Assembly (NCBI GenBank): GCA_043815185.1
Contig: JBDRJF010000001.1
Location: 11,801 to 75,800, forward strand
From: Candidatus Omnitrophota bacterium
Lineage (GTDB): Bacteria > Omnitrophota > Gorgyraeia > Duberdicusellales > 4484-171
Reading direction: 5' to 3'
DNA length: 64,000 nt
The notes below the pieces were generated by a model. That model was not told the origin of the DNA. It searched no databases and saw nothing but the letters and a program-made list of their open reading frames with translations. Both the position numbers and the translations under genes were made by a program. Within the stretch, counting starts at the first letter, position 1. Each line of letters starts with the position of its first letter. Below are positions 61,828-64,000 of the stretch, in pieces.

Positions 61828-63432
61828 CTATTGGGAAAATTTATTGGTAATCGGCATACGTCTATCTTTACCAAAGGCTCGAGGGGTGATTTTTATGCCT
61901 ATTGGTGCTTGACGCCGTTTATACTCATTAGAGTCAACCAGCTTAATTACCTTCTTAACCAGACTCTTGGCAAATCCCTTTTTAGCTATCGCATCTGCCG
62001 AATAATCTTCTTCCACGTATAGCTTTAAGATCGGGTCAAGCAGGCTATAGGCTGGAAGGCTATCAATATCCTTCTGATTAGGCCTCAGTTCTGCTGAGGG
62101 AGCTCTTTTTATCACTGAACCAGGAATGATTTGTTGGGAATTAATCTTATTTATATACCTGGCTATTCTATATACCAACATTTTATATACATCGCTTAAA
62201 ATCCCAAATCCACCAACCATATCGCCGTAAAGGGTACAATAACCGCAAGAAACTTCACTCTTATTGCCGGTATTAAGTACAAGATATCCGAATTTGTTGG
62301 AAAAAGCCATTAGAATATTTCCGCGAATTCTAGCCTGAAGGTTTTCTTCTGCTTTATGCCTCTTGCCACTACCCAAATAAGGCTTAAGGTCTTCAAGGTA
62401 AGTTTGTAGTATCTTGTCGATTCCTACTATCGAATATCTTATCCCCAGATTCTTACAAACCTGCTTTGCATCTCGGAAAGTACCGTTAGAAGTATAAGCT
62501 GAAGGCATAATCAGGCCACATACATTCACTCTGCCTAAAGCTTCACAAGCTAAAGCAGCCACAACCGCAGAATCAATGCCTCCGCTTACGCCTACAATCA
62601 CCTTTTTGAATCCATTCTTCTTAACATAATCACCAAGGCCCAGCCGTAATGCTGAAAATGCCTCTTCAGCCTCGTTAACAATAACCTTTTTAAGAGGATA
62701 ATTCTTCCTCTTATTGAGATTGAAAATAAGTAAGTCTTCGGAAAATCTCTTGGCAAAGGCAATAAGTTTACCTGAAGGCGATAGAACCTTGCTGGTTCCA
62801 TCAAAGACTAGTGCATCCTGGCCTCCCACTAAATTACAATAGAACACAAAACTCTTTATTCTTTTAGCAGCATGAGCTAAAACCTTCTCTCTAATACTTA
62901 CCTTACCCAAATGAAATGGCGAAGCAGAAATATTAACCACGAAATCAGGAGATTTTTCTCTTAAAGAATTAATAGCCTTCTCTTCCCAGATATCTTCACA
63001 AATACTCACCGCGAAAGAAAAGCCTTTAACAGTATAGACTGGTAATTTGTTACCCGGAGAAAAGTACCTCTTTTCGTCAAAGACCCCATAATTAGGCAGA
63101 ATATTTTTCCGGTAAATACCGTCGATCTTACTGTTACGGATTAAAGCACAAGAATTGTATATGGCATCCCCATTCTTATCTACAAAACCAACCAAAACAG
63201 CTATCCCTTTGCACTCTTTCTTTATCGAACTTAAAACCTGTATATTCTTAGCAATAAAATGGTTTTTTAGGAGTAAATCCTCAGGAGGATATCCCGGTAA
63301 GGCTAGTTCAGGAAAGACCACCAAGTCTGCGTCCTTTTTCCTGGCTTCTCTTATAAAAGCAATAATTTTCGCACAATTCTGCTTTAGGCCTCCAACAGTG
63401 GGATTAATTTGGGCTAAGGCAATCTTAATCAT
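61828..63432 (-). CDS. nadE: Glutamine-dependent NAD+ synthetase
   Basis: Nitrilase domain (FPEL, LPNYGVFDEKRYF, ICED) plus SGGIDS, NLQARIRG, TGNKSE. Confidence 0.96.
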   Translation of the reverse strand: MIKIALAQINPTVGGLKQNCAKIIAFIREARKKDADLVVFPELALPGYPPEDLLLKNHFIAKNIQVLSSIKKECKGIAVLVGFVDKNGDAIYNSCALIRNSKIDGIYRKNILPNYGVFDEKRYFSPGNKLPVYTVKGFSFAVSICEDIWEEKAINSLREKSPDFVVNISASPFHLGKVSIREKVLAHAAKRIKSFVFYCNLVGGQDALVFDGTSKVLSPSGKLIAFAKRFSEDLLIFNLNKRKNYPLKKVIVNEAEEAFSALRLGLGDYVKKNGFKKVIVGVSGGIDSAVVAALACEALGRVNVCGLIMPSAYTSNGTFRDAKQVCKNLGIRYSIVGIDKILQTYLEDLKPYLGSGKRHKAEENLQARIRGNILMAFSNKFGYLVLNTGNKSEVSCGYCTLYGDMVGGFGILSDVYKMLVYRIARYINKINSQQIIPGSVIKRAPSAELRPNQKDIDSLPAYSLLDPILKLYVEEDYSADAIAKKGFAKSLVKKVIKLVDSNEYKRRQAPIGIKITPRAFGKDRRMPITNKFSQ

Positions 63433-63440
63433 AACTTTGT

Positions 63441-63468
63441 ATTATACCCCTTTTCCCTGAGTAATCAA
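63441..63468 (-). promoter_or_regulatory. Sigma70-type promoter directly before nadE
   Basis: Minus strand TTGATT-16 nt-TATAAT, with the -10 box 8 nt before ATG. Confidence 0.55.
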
Positions 63469-64000
63469 GCAGGTCTTCTTCTCCAGCGGAAAAAGAAGAA
63501 AATGCTGATAATTATTACGCCTAATGCCGTAAACTGCGAAGTAGCAAGGGAAAAAATTTCTCCCCGGGGATCTCCTCGATAAAACTCGATAATAAACCTA
63601 AAAATCCCATAACCAAGGCCATAGGAGAGTAAAATCTGGCCACCAAATCTTTGGTGTTTCTTCAAAATTAGAAGAAGCAAAAAAAATAAAAACAGAAAAA
63701 GAGCAGAAACCAGCTGAGTAGGGATGACTTTTACTCCCAAGAAACCAGCTGGAGACTCCGGAGGAAATAAAACTCCCCAACTTGAATCTGTAAACTTACC
63801 GTAACAACATCCGTAATAAAAGCAACCGATTCGACCTAGAGCATGTCCTAAGGGAATACCCAAGGCTGCAATATCGGCAGACTTTAAAAAATTTATCTTA
63901 TACTTCGTGGTTAAGATAAAAACAGTCAAAATTCCCCAAATAAACCCGCCGTAGAAGATAAAACCACTGCGGCTGAAAATAACTCCCAGGGGATTACTTA
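63465..64000 (-). CDS. lgt: Prolipoprotein diacylglyceryl transferase, 5' end outside the window
   Basis: GFIFYGG, LGHALGRIGCF, PTQL, RFIIEFYRGD. Confidence 0.92.
   Translation of the reverse strand, partial: SNPLGVIFSRSGFIFYGGFIWGILTVFILTTKYKINFLKSADIAALGIPLGHALGRIGCFYYGCCYGKFTDSSWGVLFPPESPAGFLGVKVIPTQLVSALFLFLFFLLLLILKKHQRFGGQILLSYGLGYGIFRFIIEFYRGDPRGEIFSLATSQFTALGVIIISIFFFFRWRRRPA

Overview
A 64-kb core-genome segment of a Gram-negative-type bacterium with moderately low GC. Gene content suggests the PVC group, probably Candidatus Omnitrophota (inference). Every credible gene lies on the minus strand. Reading in transcription direction: lgt (partial), nadE-folK-panC-nadX, uvrA; a TPR/ExbB/ExbD/TonB-like/Zn-finger/wHTH/PilX-like envelope cluster; tRNA-Ala-rsmE-mtaB-rlu, gmhB, a GT28 glycosyltransferase, a helicase-degenerate priA, fmt, acyP, ligA. 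Next comes one ribosomal super-cluster (tRNA-Thr, rpmG, tRNA-Trp, secE-nusG-rplKAJL-rpoBC-rpsLG-fusA-tuf, S10, spc, alpha) with no rpmD and no second tuf. It is followed by a central-carbon cluster (aspartate aminotransferase, a LeuC/LeuD-type hydratase pair split by pilT, NADP-type icd, mdh, lpd, acyl-CoA dehydrogenase), then aroK-dprA-topA (partial). No transposase, integrase, phage gene or CRISPR array is present. The most unusual signals are: gene-less periodic palindromes (unit periods 7, 8, 9 and 10 nt) and a Y-shaped repeat family at gene junctions; pilT inserted inside a probable two-subunit aconitase; a pseudohelicase PriA; and a proton-motor/TPR/pilin-like cluster.
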